Source: an uncultured virus (IMG/VR IMGVR_UViG_3300020375_000072) (Duplodnaviria > Heunggongvirae > Uroviricota > Caudoviricetes). Taken from it: 64,000 bases of DNA. Positions 20,102-31,000 of this stretch are shown here, in pieces (within the stretch, counting starts at the first letter, position 1; each line of letters starts with the position of its first letter). Both the position numbers and the translations under genes were made by a program. Where the stretch lies: the IMG/VR virus record IMGVR_UViG_3300020375_000072, one strand, 5' to 3'. Below the pieces are notes generated by a model. That model saw nothing but the letters and a program-made list of their open reading frames with translations, was not told where the DNA came from and searched no databases.

Positions 20102-20883
20102 GATTCACTTGTACAAATGATGGTGTTCTAGCAGCAAAAAAATCTGGAACAAATTCTATAGGTGATTGGGTATGTTTAACATCATTTCCAGAAAATTTTT
20201 ATAAATTAACAGGTGATCGAATTATTGATGTAGATAAAACGTGGGTATTTGATTCAAATCCATATGTTAATAGGGAAGATACTGCAGAACAAATAATAGA
20301 TACTAAACCCGCATGGTTTAGATATGGTAGAAATTCTCCTGTGATGATGTCATTTGCGGATAGTCTTATGTCATTATTGGGTACAGATAAATTACCTTGG
20401 CTCAGACATCCTAAATTTTATAGGTATGAAGACGAAGAAATAATCCCCACTAGAATAATTTTTCATCCAGAGGGTGCACAAAATAAATCTACACCAAGAG
20501 TACTAAAATATAGTACAATTCAGTATATATTAGAGAAATATAAAAAGTTTGATATCTGTCATGTTGGTGGAAAAGATGATGACTCCATTGGACATGGAGT
20601 ACATGATTGTCGAGGAATGGATCTTTGGGAGGTTGTCGAATTAACATCAAAGGCGGCAATATTTATTGGTGTTGATTCAGGTCCATATCATATAGCACAA
20701 GCATATCCTAGAATTAATAGAAAATTGATCATAACAGAAGACCAATTTAAAACTGATTGGCCGCGTGACTCTTATATTTTAGATCCTAAAAGAGATGTGA
20801 CTTATTGGTATGATTGGGATACTATGTTTTTTAATGAATTTGGTATAGATGTTGGAATAACTACAAGTTATTTAAAAATATGA
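20083..20883 (+). CDS. GT9-like (heptosyltransferase-fold) glycosyltransferase
   Basis: IGD N-terminal motif; FIGVDSGPYHIA; paralogue of 21539-22369. Confidence 0.7.
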   Translation: MEAGRIGFTCTNDGVLAAKKSGTNSIGDWVCLTSFPENFYKLTGDRIIDVDKTWVFDSNPYVNREDTAEQIIDTKPAWFRYGRNSPVMMSFADSLMSLLGTDKLPWLRHPKFYRYEDEEIIPTRIIFHPEGAQNKSTPRVLKYSTIQYILEKYKKFDICHVGGKDDDSIGHGVHDCRGMDLWEVVELTSKAAIFIGVDSGPYHIAQAYPRINRKLIITEDQFKTDWPRDSYILDPKRDVTYWYDWDTMFFNEFGIDVGITTSYLKI

Positions 20884-21539
20884 TAGCTCCCATAATTAAT
20901 CATTATAAAAAGTTGTCTTTTCAGAATGTAGAAAATAGAACAGCTTTGTGTCAATGTGGAGAAAAACCACATGATCATCCTGCATGTAAAATAAATTTTT
21001 TTGTTGATTGTTGTATTAAAATTAAAGATAAAAATTTAGAAGGTGATGTTGCAGAATGTGGAGTATTTAAAGGTGGTAGTGCGAGGATTTTAGCAACAGT
21101 TTTTGAAGATAAAAAAATATTATTATTTGATACATTTACTGGTTTGCCTGAAGATGATGCACATCCAGAAGGAACTTTAAAAAAGGGTGGATTTGGTGAG
21201 GTAACTCTTGATGAAGTTAAAGAATATTTAAGTGATAAAGATAATTGTTTATTTTATCCTGGATGGTTCCCCAAATCAGCACAAAGAAGTTCATTATGGC
21301 AAAATGATAAAAAGTTTAGTTTTGTACATCTAGATATGGATTTATATCAATCTACTAAAACAGGAATTGAATTTTTTTGGAAGAAATTAGTTAATGGTGG
21401 AGCTATAATTTTTGATGATTTTAAAGGAGTAGATACTCCAGGAATAGAACAATCTATTATTGAATTTTTTGAAAATAGAAATGATTATAGTAGTGAAGTT
21501 TATCCAAGTATGTGTATAATTTATAAAAAGGAGACATAA
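20880..21539 (+). CDS. TylF/MycF-family O-methyltransferase
   Basis: GDVAECGVFKGGS, FDTFTGLP, GWFP, FVHLDMDLYQS and GGAIIFDD motifs. Confidence 0.9.
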   Translation: MIAPIINHYKKLSFQNVENRTALCQCGEKPHDHPACKINFFVDCCIKIKDKNLEGDVAECGVFKGGSARILATVFEDKKILLFDTFTGLPEDDAHPEGTLKKGGFGEVTLDEVKEYLSDKDNCLFYPGWFPKSAQRSSLWQNDKKFSFVHLDMDLYQSTKTGIEFFWKKLVNGGAIIFDDFKGVDTPGIEQSIIEFFENRNDYSSEVYPSMCIIYKKET

Positions 21540-22369
21540 TGACATTAGAGGTTATTGAACCGGGCGCTATTCCCGAGCCCACACCTAGATTTGGGATGTT
21601 TTTTAGAGAAGATAAAATAGGAGATGGATTAATTTATTCATCATGTCCAGAAAATTTTCATAAAGCTGGAAAGGGGAAAATTTTAGATGTGAAAAATGCA
21701 TGGTTTTTTGATCATAATCCATATGTTGTTAGAGATGTTCCTTCAACGCAAAATATTGATATGCAAAAATTTGCGGATCAGACGTCATTTTTTCATTATG
21801 GAAGATCTAGTTTACCATGTTTATTATCTGTAGCAGATAGATTTAATACTAAGTTTGGAATTCCTACTAGATTAAGGCATCCTAGATTATATCAGTATGA
21901 AGATTTGCCACAAATACCAAATAAACTTGTAGTGCATACTCAAGGAGATTTAAATGAACCTATTGCATTATATGAAGACACTCATGCACTTATGACTGAT
22001 GATGTTATGGATGTTATTCAAGAAAAATATAGTCAATATGATATTGTACAGGTTGGTGGAAAAGGTGATAAACCTTTTGGAAGAAAGGCTAAAGATAAAA
22101 GAGGATTGGCAATTTGGGATTCAGTTAAAGAAATAGCAGATGCGGCAATATTTATAGGAGTTAATAGTGGTCCTATGAATATAGCGCTATGTTATCCGAG
22201 AATAAATATTAGGATGTTCGAACCACAATTTCCCCAAACCGTATTAGAGAATTTTTTTATACCAATGGATGCTAAATTTGCACACAACCAGTGGTTCGAT
22301 TATGGTATAAAAATATTTAATAGATATGATGCGGATTTGGGAGCAACCTATAGCTATTTAAAGATATAA
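21539..22369 (+). CDS. GT9-like glycosyltransferase
   Basis: IGD, VQVGG and FIGVNSGPMNIA motifs; paralogue of 20083-20883. Confidence 0.7.
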   Translation: MTLEVIEPGAIPEPTPRFGMFFREDKIGDGLIYSSCPENFHKAGKGKILDVKNAWFFDHNPYVVRDVPSTQNIDMQKFADQTSFFHYGRSSLPCLLSVADRFNTKFGIPTRLRHPRLYQYEDLPQIPNKLVVHTQGDLNEPIALYEDTHALMTDDVMDVIQEKYSQYDIVQVGGKGDKPFGRKAKDKRGLAIWDSVKEIADAAIFIGVNSGPMNIALCYPRINIRMFEPQFPQTVLENFFIPMDAKFAHNQWFDYGIKIFNRYDADLGATYSYLKI

Positions 22370-23413
22370 ATGAGAGAAAAAAGTAAAGAAGAACATAAGT
22401 TTACTTCCACAGGTATTAAATTTTGGAGACATCAAGAACAGATGTTTAATTATAAAAATGGTGATCCAAATACTGTTATATCAACTCATATAGCACCTGA
22501 GGGAGTATGTAATCTTCAATGTCCATATTGTTCTGTGACATATAGAGATACACATGAACGTATTGATCTAGAAGTTATAAAACAATATGTAAGAGATTTA
22601 AAAACTCGTGGACTTAAAGCGGTTATAATAACAGGTGGTGGAGAGCCGACAACTTACAAATATTTTAATGAACTTGTTAGATTTATACATGATGAAGAAG
22701 AATTAAAAGTTGCTCTTATTAATAATGGAACTTTAACACGTAGAATTAAAGATGATGTTTTAAAAATGTTTTCTTGGGTCCGTGTATCTGTTAATATGTT
22801 TGATAGATGGGAAGAAAGAATCAAATTTCCATATCATAAACTTTCCAATGAATGTATAGTTGGTTGTTCAAGTGTATTCACTACAGCTCATGAAAAGTCA
22901 GAAGATACGGAAAATAAAATAGAAATGTATAAAAAAATATCTGAAGTAGCAGATAATTGTGGAGCAGAATATATTAGACTTTTACCAGATTGTTTATTAG
23001 AACAAGATAAATTAATTGAAAAGCATTCTGAATTAGATGAAGTATTATTAGAGGTAAATGATACAAGGTATTTTCATCAATATAAAATTCATGGTGCACC
23101 ACAAACATCAAAATGTCATCAATCATATTTTAGACCATATTTAAGTGAAGTTAATGGTGGTACAGTTTTTCCATGTGATTCAGTAGTTTTAAATGGAGCA
23201 GTTGCTCATTTTTCAGAACAATATGCATTATGTAAAGCGGAAGATGTTTTGGAATATATTGATGGTAGAATTGAGCAACCATTTGATGCACAAGTACATT
23301 GTAAGGGTTGCGTTTTTACAGAGAATGTTAATATGTTGGATGATTTTATTAATGATAAATTAAATAAATTTGAGGAATTTTCTTCACCATTAGATCATGA
23401 AGAATTTGTATGA
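22370..23413 (+). CDS. radical SAM protein with C-terminal Cys cluster
   Basis: CNLQCPYC, TGGGEP and C-terminal C...FPCD...CKGC. Confidence 0.9.
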   Translation: MREKSKEEHKFTSTGIKFWRHQEQMFNYKNGDPNTVISTHIAPEGVCNLQCPYCSVTYRDTHERIDLEVIKQYVRDLKTRGLKAVIITGGGEPTTYKYFNELVRFIHDEEELKVALINNGTLTRRIKDDVLKMFSWVRVSVNMFDRWEERIKFPYHKLSNECIVGCSSVFTTAHEKSEDTENKIEMYKKISEVADNCGAEYIRLLPDCLLEQDKLIEKHSELDEVLLEVNDTRYFHQYKIHGAPQTSKCHQSYFRPYLSEVNGGTVFPCDSVVLNGAVAHFSEQYALCKAEDVLEYIDGRIEQPFDAQVHCKGCVFTENVNMLDDFINDKLNKFEEFSSPLDHEEFV

Positions 23414-24063
23414 AAAAAGAATATTTTGATGAAGATTATTTTGAAAGAGGAGCAGAAACAGGAAAATCATTATATTCACACTATAGATGGATGCCAGAAT
23501 TAACCATTCCAATGTGTCACCATTTAATTAATACTTGTGATATTACTGAAGATGATACTGTTTTGGATTTTGGTTGTGCTAAAGGATATGTTACTTATGG
23601 ATTTCGATTATTAGGAATTGAGGCATATGGAGTTGATATATCAGAATATCCCATATCAAAAGCACCAAAGGAAGTTGAACAATATTTAACTTTAATAAAA
23701 CCTCAGGAGAAATTACCAAAAAAAGAGTATAGTTGGGGAATATGTAAAGACATATTGGAACACATTCCTTATGATGGAATTAAAAAACAATTGCAAATTT
23801 TATATGAACATTGTGAAAATATTTTTATTATTGTTCCTTTAGGTGATGGTGAAAGATATTATATTGATAGTTATGAACATGATAAAAGTCATTATATAAG
23901 AGAAGATTTGGTTTGGTGGCATGAGATGTTACAAGAAGTGGGTTACTCAAATGTTAGATCTACATATGATCTTGGTCCTTTTAAAAAGAATTGGAATTTT
24001 GAAAAAAGAGGAAATGGAATGATTATAGGAAATAAGGTTGAGGGGATTATGAAGGGAATATGA
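23410..24063 (+). CDS. class I SAM-dependent methyltransferase
   Basis: VLDFGCAKG, GVDISEY and DILEHIP motifs. Confidence 0.9.
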   Translation: MKKEYFDEDYFERGAETGKSLYSHYRWMPELTIPMCHHLINTCDITEDDTVLDFGCAKGYVTYGFRLLGIEAYGVDISEYPISKAPKEVEQYLTLIKPQEKLPKKEYSWGICKDILEHIPYDGIKKQLQILYEHCENIFIIVPLGDGERYYIDSYEHDKSHYIREDLVWWHEMLQEVGYSNVRSTYDLGPFKKNWNFEKRGNGMIIGNKVEGIMKGI

Positions 24064-25004
24064 GAGAAGAGATACGGATAAGACATAAACAATTGATGGG
24101 CATAGACCCCTCATGCGCCCCTGGGCAAGGCAATAACGCGAAGACTATGGGTAATGACCCTAGAAATTTATTTCAAGCGCCTTGGAGAATTGGTGATGCT
24201 GTTTCTTTAATGATCTCTGCAAATTTTAAAAAACGTGTACATGGATCTTATATAAAATTTGAATATGTAGATGAAATTCATAAATCTATGCGTTTAGATA
24301 TTTTATATAAGGATGTTATTAATGAATTTTTAGAGGAACCAATTGAGAATTTACAAGATGATATATACGATCCAGGATTACTATGGTTAACTTCTCCCTA
24401 TTATGTAAAAAAATATGGATATGATATTATACCAACATTACAGTGGGATAAAGAAGAATATAATGGGCCTGAACTTTCTTGGGGAAAGTATGTAGTATTT
24501 GCACCATTGATGGATGCACAATATAATCTCGAAAGAAACATGTCAGTTGATTTTGTTAATGAATTTTGTAGAAAATTGAAAGATGAATTTGGTGACGATT
24601 TATATGTCATTACCAATAAAAAAATTGAAATTTTGATAGATACCAAAAACATAAATACTCTTGATTCCGATAGCATTTATGATCTTGGTTACATTATTTC
24701 TCATTCAAAATGTTTTATTGGCGGTGATTCAGGATTTAGTCATTTGGCAGGAAGCTCTCGACTACCCAAACAGATATGTATAGGTTGGCCAAAACAAAGA
24801 TTAAATAATTTTAATTGGAGTGAATGGCCTTATTATTTTATTAACCCCTTTTCACTTCAGGGTCAATTTATGAACCAAACCTGGGATATGTTTCCACAAG
24901 TCGATCCACGTAGTACAGATTATCAAGAATTTTTGTTACAAAATAATTCTCTGAATGAGAACCAAATACAATTGTTATTAACTTATATTAAAAAAGGATT
25001 ATAA
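24060..25004 (+). CDS. GT9-like glycosyltransferase
   Basis: RIGD and FIGGDSGFSHLA motifs. Confidence 0.65.
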   Translation: MREEIRIRHKQLMGIDPSCAPGQGNNAKTMGNDPRNLFQAPWRIGDAVSLMISANFKKRVHGSYIKFEYVDEIHKSMRLDILYKDVINEFLEEPIENLQDDIYDPGLLWLTSPYYVKKYGYDIIPTLQWDKEEYNGPELSWGKYVVFAPLMDAQYNLERNMSVDFVNEFCRKLKDEFGDDLYVITNKKIEILIDTKNINTLDSDSIYDLGYIISHSKCFIGGDSGFSHLAGSSRLPKQICIGWPKQRLNNFNWSEWPYYFINPFSLQGQFMNQTWDMFPQVDPRSTDYQEFLLQNNSLNENQIQLLLTYIKKGL

Positions 25005-26986
25005 TGCCCCTACCTACTGAATATCAATCATTTATACATTTATCACGTTATGCGAGATGGGATTATAAGGAAGAACGAAGAGAAACGTGGGAAGAAACTG
25101 TTAATAGATATTTTGATTTTTTTCAAAAACATTTAGAGGAAAATAATAATTATAAATTAGAAAATGGAGAAAGAGCAGATTTAGAAAACCAAATTATGAA
25201 TCTAAATGTTATGCCTTCTATGCGTTGTTTAATGACAGCAGGAGCAGCATTAGAAAAGGAAAATATTGCTGGATATAATTGTTCTTATGTAAAAATCGAT
25301 ACTTCGCGATCTTTTGATGAAATTCTTTATGTTTTAATGAATGGTACAGGAGTAGGATTTTCTGTAGAAGAAGAGTATGTAAATAAACTTCCAGTTATTC
25401 CTGAAGAAATGTATGATACTGATACGACAATCATTGTTGCGGATTCTAAACTTGGTTGGGCAAAGGCGTTCAAAGAACTTTTGGGTTTGTTATGGACAGG
25501 ACAAATTCCAAAATGGGATCTTTCAAAAGTTCGTGAAGCGGGAGCACCATTAAAAACATTTGGTGGAAGAGCGTCTGGTCCTCAACCGTTAGATGATTTG
25601 TTTCATTTTGTAACAAGTATGTTTCGAGAATCAGCAGGAAGAAAACTTAAACCAGTAGAATGTCATGATATCGTTTGTAAAGTCGCAGAAATTGTTGTCG
25701 TGGGTGGTGTCCGTCGTTCTGCTCTCATTAGTCTTTCTGATCTCAATGATAGAGAAATGCGATTCGCCAAACATGGAGAATGGTATAAATTTAATGTACA
25801 ACGAGCATTAGCAAATAATTCAGTTAATTACAAAGAAAAACCAGATGTTGGTACTTTTATGCGAGAATGGTTATCTCTTTATGATTCTAAATCTGGTGAA
25901 CGAGGAATTTATAGTAGCTTATCCGCGGAAAAACATATAACAAATTTAAATAAACAGGAAAAAGATGAAAACGGAAATTATATACAAAGACGAGAACCAA
26001 GACGAGACTTTGGAACTAATCCCTGTAGCGAGATTATTCTTAGAAGCAGAGAATTCTGCAATCTTTCAGAAGTCATCATCAGAGGAGATGACGATTGGCA
26101 ATCTCTGGAAGAGAAAGTGCGATATGCAACTATCCTTGGCACCATTCAATCCACTCTTACCAATTTCAAATACATTGGAAGGGAGTGGAAACGAAATTGC
26201 GATGATGAACGACTTCTTGGAGTCTCTCTTACAGGAATAATGGATAATCCATTAACAAACGGAAAGAAAAAAGATTTAGATAAACTATTAACAAAATTAA
26301 AAAATGTTGCAATCAAAACAAACAAAGAGTGGGCAGAGAAATTGGGTATCGAGAGATCAGCCGCTATTACTTGTGTCAAACCTTCTGGTACTGTTTCTCA
26401 GCTTGTTGATACTGCTTCTGGTATTCATGCCAGGCATAATCCTTATTATCTTAGAACAGTAAGGGCGGACAATAAGGACCCCCTTTGTATGTTTATGAAA
26501 AATGAGGGATTTCCAAATGAACCTGATGTAACTAAACCTAATCATACTACAGTATTCAGTTTTCCAATGGAAAGTCCTAAAGGTGCAATTTGTCGAAAAG
26601 ATATGACAGCATGGAAGCAATTATCCTTATGGCATACCTATGCAAAACATTGGTGTGAACATAAGCCCAGTGTAACCGTATCTGTTAAAGAAGATGAATG
26701 GGTAAACACTTCTGCTTGGGTATATGATAATTTTGATGATATAAGTGGTATTTCATTTTTACCATTTAGTGATCATACTTATCAACAAGCACCTTATCAA
26801 GATTGTAGTAAAGAAGAATATAATGAATTATTGAAAAAAATGCCCAAAAATGTTAATTGGGGTAAATTGTCTGATTATGAAGCTAAAGATTATACAATAG
26901 CTTCACAGGAATTAGCCTGTTCTGCTGAAGGTGGATGTGAGATTGTTGATTTACCAGTGACCCCAAGCAGAGTGGACGCATCATGA
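25004..26986 (+). CDS. nrdJ: class II (adenosylcobalamin-dependent) ribonucleotide reductase
   Basis: YNCSY, GTGVGFS, GGVRRSA, GTNPCSEI, FCNLSE, TCVKPSGT, WCEHKPS and a C-terminal Cys pair; no intein-sized insertion. Confidence 0.95.
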   Translation: MPLPTEYQSFIHLSRYARWDYKEERRETWEETVNRYFDFFQKHLEENNNYKLENGERADLENQIMNLNVMPSMRCLMTAGAALEKENIAGYNCSYVKIDTSRSFDEILYVLMNGTGVGFSVEEEYVNKLPVIPEEMYDTDTTIIVADSKLGWAKAFKELLGLLWTGQIPKWDLSKVREAGAPLKTFGGRASGPQPLDDLFHFVTSMFRESAGRKLKPVECHDIVCKVAEIVVVGGVRRSALISLSDLNDREMRFAKHGEWYKFNVQRALANNSVNYKEKPDVGTFMREWLSLYDSKSGERGIYSSLSAEKHITNLNKQEKDENGNYIQRREPRRDFGTNPCSEIILRSREFCNLSEVIIRGDDDWQSLEEKVRYATILGTIQSTLTNFKYIGREWKRNCDDERLLGVSLTGIMDNPLTNGKKKDLDKLLTKLKNVAIKTNKEWAEKLGIERSAAITCVKPSGTVSQLVDTASGIHARHNPYYLRTVRADNKDPLCMFMKNEGFPNEPDVTKPNHTTVFSFPMESPKGAICRKDMTAWKQLSLWHTYAKHWCEHKPSVTVSVKEDEWVNTSAWVYDNFDDISGISFLPFSDHTYQQAPYQDCSKEEYNELLKKMPKNVNWGKLSDYEAKDYTIASQELACSAEGGCEIVDLPVTPSRVDAS

Positions 26987-26998
26987 AGGAGATGAGAA

Positions 26999-27232
26999 AT
27001 GAATACAGCAACAATATATGGGACACCGACATGTGCTTGGTGTGATAAAGCAGAAGATTTATTAGAATCGAAAGGATATGAAGTTAATAAAATAGATATT
27101 ACGTCATCCAGAAAACATTATGATGATATGCAAAAAGTAGTAGGAAACAATGTAAGAACTGTTCCACAAATCATATTGAATGATAAATATGTCGGTGGAT
27201 ATGGTGAAGTAGAACAGTATTTGAATAAATAG
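26999..27232 (+). CDS. glutaredoxin
   Basis: CAWC active site; RTVPQI and YVGGY motifs. Confidence 0.9.
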   Translation: MNTATIYGTPTCAWCDKAEDLLESKGYEVNKIDITSSRKHYDDMQKVVGNNVRTVPQIILNDKYVGGYGEVEQYLNK

Positions 27233-27291
27233 AGGTATAAGTACATTGGTTATATGTACTTGGTTAAATTAACATAATAGAGGAGTAATTC

Positions 27292-27513
27292 ATGGTAGAA
27301 AAAGTATTAGGCTGGATTCGCAGTCTTACAGAAGTCGGCCTAGCGCTTGTAGCATTAGGTGTTGTACTTCAAATCATTTTTGGTGCTGCAGTGCCATTTT
27401 TGGGTATTGATATGATTGGTTCAGTAGTTGGATTGGTCAAACAGCTTGGAAGTGAAGGATTGATTGGACTCGTAGCCATATGGGTACTTTGGGGAATTTA
27501 TTCAAAGCAATAA
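27292..27513 (+). CDS. small membrane protein
   Basis: GAGGAG RBS; hydrophobic helices. Confidence 0.75.
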   Translation: MVEKVLGWIRSLTEVGLALVALGVVLQIIFGAAVPFLGIDMIGSVVGLVKQLGSEGLIGLVAIWVLWGIYSKQ

Positions 27514-27555
27514 AATTCCATCTAAGTCTGACTTAGTTTAACATGGATCGTTACT

Positions 27556-27589
27556 AAAATGGGAGCCAATTTTGTCTCCCATTTTTTTT
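27556..27589 (+). terminator. intrinsic (rho-independent) terminator
   Basis: AAAATGGGAG...CTCCCATTTT stem followed by a T run; separates the replication and structural blocks. Confidence 0.85.
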
Positions 27590-27638
27590 GCCCTGATTCT
27601 GCCATCCATTGAATTTACTAAATAATACTATAAGCATA

Positions 27639-27646
27639 TATAAATA
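27639..27646 (+). promoter_or_regulatory. T4-type late promoter (gp55 box)
   Basis: Exact TATAAATA, intergenic, upstream of the structural operon; a variant ACTAAATA lies at 27617-27624. Confidence 0.75.
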
Positions 27647-27663
27647 GCTGGATAGGAGTATTA

Positions 27664-28002
27664 ATGGCACAAACTTTGAATTTAAGGGCCGATCAGGGCT
27701 CGGATTTTACAATAAATCTCACAGTAGCTGATAATTTGGGAGTAGCATATGATTTAGGTGATTGGACAGCAAATTCCTCTTTTAAAAAACATCACGGTTC
27801 TTCTACATATTATGATATGTCCACTAAGACTGTATCTGCACCAGATGGTAATTTAGATCTCCAATTACTAGCCAATTCTACCAATAGTGTCATCCCTGAA
27901 GGTCGATATTATTATGATGTTGTTCTTAAATCTAATGCGAATACAGCTATGAAAAGAGTAATGCAAGGAATAATCACTATAGATCCAAAAGTATCACGAT
28001 GA
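27664..28002 (+). CDS. small virion structural protein (baseplate/fibre-associated)
   Basis: LRADQGSDF, GRYYYDVV and RVMQGIITIDP.V motifs common in T4-like structural regions. Confidence 0.75.
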   Translation: MAQTLNLRADQGSDFTINLTVADNLGVAYDLGDWTANSSFKKHHGSSTYYDMSTKTVSAPDGNLDLQLLANSTNSVIPEGRYYYDVVLKSNANTAMKRVMQGIITIDPKVSR

Positions 28003-28017
28003 TGGGAGTAGAAATAT

Positions 28018-31000
28018 ATGCCACAAGTCAGAGTTGATAGTCCTTCCTTTTCATTAACAGTTGAAAAAAAGCAACCCGTAGTAATAAGAACTGGAGCGCA
28101 AGGATTGCGTTTCAGCTCACATGGAGAAGACGGCTCTATTCAATTTGCGAATGGTAGTGCTTTAGGTTCACATCCGTCTCTCGTCCATGATGCGGCGAAT
28201 AACATCACTTCTATACAGATTTTAAAATCAGTAGATGCCCTTTTAGACACGGCAAATATAACCACAGCAAATATTGGTACTTTATTTGCAACAACTATGG
28301 TGGTTGGATCCACTGAAGCTGCAGGAGCAACTTTTGAAGATCTATCAATAACCAATGGACTTACAGTTGGTAAAAATGTAACAGTAACAGGTAACTTAAC
28401 TGTAGAAGGAACGACAACAACTGTATCGAGTTCTACATTAGATGTAGCTGACTTAAATATTACCGTTGCAAAAGGTGCGGTAGACAGTGCCGCAGCCGAT
28501 GGAGCAGGACTTACAGTAGATGGTGCATCGGCAACATTTTTATATGCACATGATGGTACTAAATGGGTTGTTAATAAACCATTTTCTGCGGCGGAAGCAA
28601 ATCTTACAGTATCCAATACAGTAACTTCATATACAACATCTTCATTGGTTCTTCCTGTTGGAAATGATGCTTCTAGAGTAAGTACTCAGGGAGGAATTAG
28701 ATATAGTACCGCCCAAAGTACATTTGAAGGTTATGATGGTTCTGCGTGGGGATCTTTAGGTGGAGTTATTGATGTTGATCAAGATACTTATATTAAAGCT
28801 GAGTTATCTGATGATAATGATATTTTAGATTTTTATACTAAGGGAATTAGACAAGCATATATTAGTAATACGGGACTTGTATCTGTAACAACCAAGATGA
28901 CAGTACCTGAGGCTAATGTTACTGTAGCAAATGTTACAACTCTATATGTAACAAGCGGAGCTACAGTTCCAACTCCAACTGAAACAGGACATGCAACAAC
29001 AAAAGCGTATGTTGATGCAGTTAGTGCATCAGTTGTAGGTAATACGATTGAACTTGGAGCTGTTCCTGATGGTTCTTGGCATGATGGAGCATTTTTAGCA
29101 AATAATGTAACATATGATACTAATTATTTACCAGCGGAAGGTATAGAAGATAATGATAATGTTACGGCAACATTAGATACATTGAATGAAGTAATGCATA
29201 ATGTTTATAGAGGTTCATATGTAAGGCATGCGAAATTTACAGGATCTGGTTTATCAGGACCAGCAACATTAACGCCAACCTTTACAATTGATTCTGAGGT
29301 ATATAATACATATGATGCGACAAGATATGATTGGGATTTTGGTGATGGTAATACATTATCAAATCAATCAGCCACCACTCAACAACATAGTTATACAACT
29401 AATGCGGGATCTCCATTTACAGTAACACTTACTGCTAAAAATCATAATGCAGAAGTTTCTGGATCAAAGGGAAGTTTTTCAACTTTTAAATGGGAAGACA
29501 TGGTAGTTGTGTATACAAATGCACCAATACCGGCATTTACTTATGCATATACACAAAGAGATTCTTCCTCAGTCGGCCCCACATCAGCATTAAATGCTAC
29601 AATTAATGTAGATGAAAGTTCTTCAGCAGGAGATTCTCAACCAGTAACATATGATGTAACAGCTTCACAATTTACTACTCATTGGATGTTGTCATTTTCT
29701 GATGGCACAACTTATCCCACTTCAGCAACAACTGGACAAACAGGAGCAACACTAGAAGCTAATTGGGAAGTCTATGCATCCACAAAAGATTATGATAAAA
29801 CATGGTCAAGTATAACACAAGATACAAATTTTACTGCAACTTTATATTGTTATAGTACAACAACTGATCCAACTGACCCTAAAAGGAATTCTTCAGGTGA
29901 TCCTCATAATATAAGAGTCTTTAGAGATTATACCAATATAGGAACCTTTACTGCTGTGGGATATAATAGTACATTAACAGGTAATAATAACGAAGATGTA
30001 GACAATAATGCGGTTGCAAGTGGTGCATCTGAAGATGGAATGAAAGTTACATTAACACCAGCATTATCTGGTGGATCAATTAATGGGTCTTATTCTACAC
30101 AATTACAATGGAGTTTTGAGGATGCATATAATAGTCAAAGCACCGCAGGTTGGAATTATACGGCAAGTAATTTTACAAATGTGCAAGTTGTTTATTTTGC
30201 AAGACAAAGTAATACTGCGGACAATTCAGGGGATGTAAAAACAATTTCAGCACAAATTTCGTCTAATCATACTTTATCTCCTTTTCCAGTAAAAATAGGT
30301 GGAGCAACTACTACGGATGTAACAATTCAAAAAGACCCAAGAGCAATTTGGAGTGCGGTATTTGTAACATCATCGGCGGATGCTTCAGGAGGATCTACAA
30401 CTAAAGGATATAATTTTACTGATTGGGATGGAAATGTAAGAAATTCTGTACAATTTACTGATGCATCAGAAAATGTAAATGCATGGAATTGGGATTTTGA
30501 TTTAGATAATTCTGGTACTTCAACATCTACTACCCAAAGTCCATTAAATTCATATACTACTACGGGACAATATGACATAAAATTAATATCAACAGGTGCA
30601 AATTCAGAAACACATCGTTATGCGTCTGGTGCGGATGATACAGAACAAAAGAACAATTACATTGAAATGGTCGCTCTACCTTCATACAATTATACTTATT
30701 TGACCGGTAAATCTATGTCAGTAGCTTCACAAGGATCTTATACAGCAAAGTTATGTAGTGGTTTCACGGATAATTCAGGTTCAGAAACACATGGACTTTC
30801 TGCGGATGATACAGTTAATAGGAGATCTTCTACTACAGTAGCGGCAACAAAATTTTCAACTCAAGCAAGAGAATTTGTTGGTGATGCAGGAGGATATTCT
30901 GGTTCAATCTTAACAGCACTTGTTAATGGTTCAGCTGATGGAGCAAAAACATTCACTACAGGTAATGATAATGGAACATATACTTCTTTAGTTGTTAGTG

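Noticed and set aside
25004..26986. Intein or intron in nrdJ (also considered for thyX and primase)
   Set aside because: Lengths are ordinary, frames are continuous and no splicing motifs were seen.
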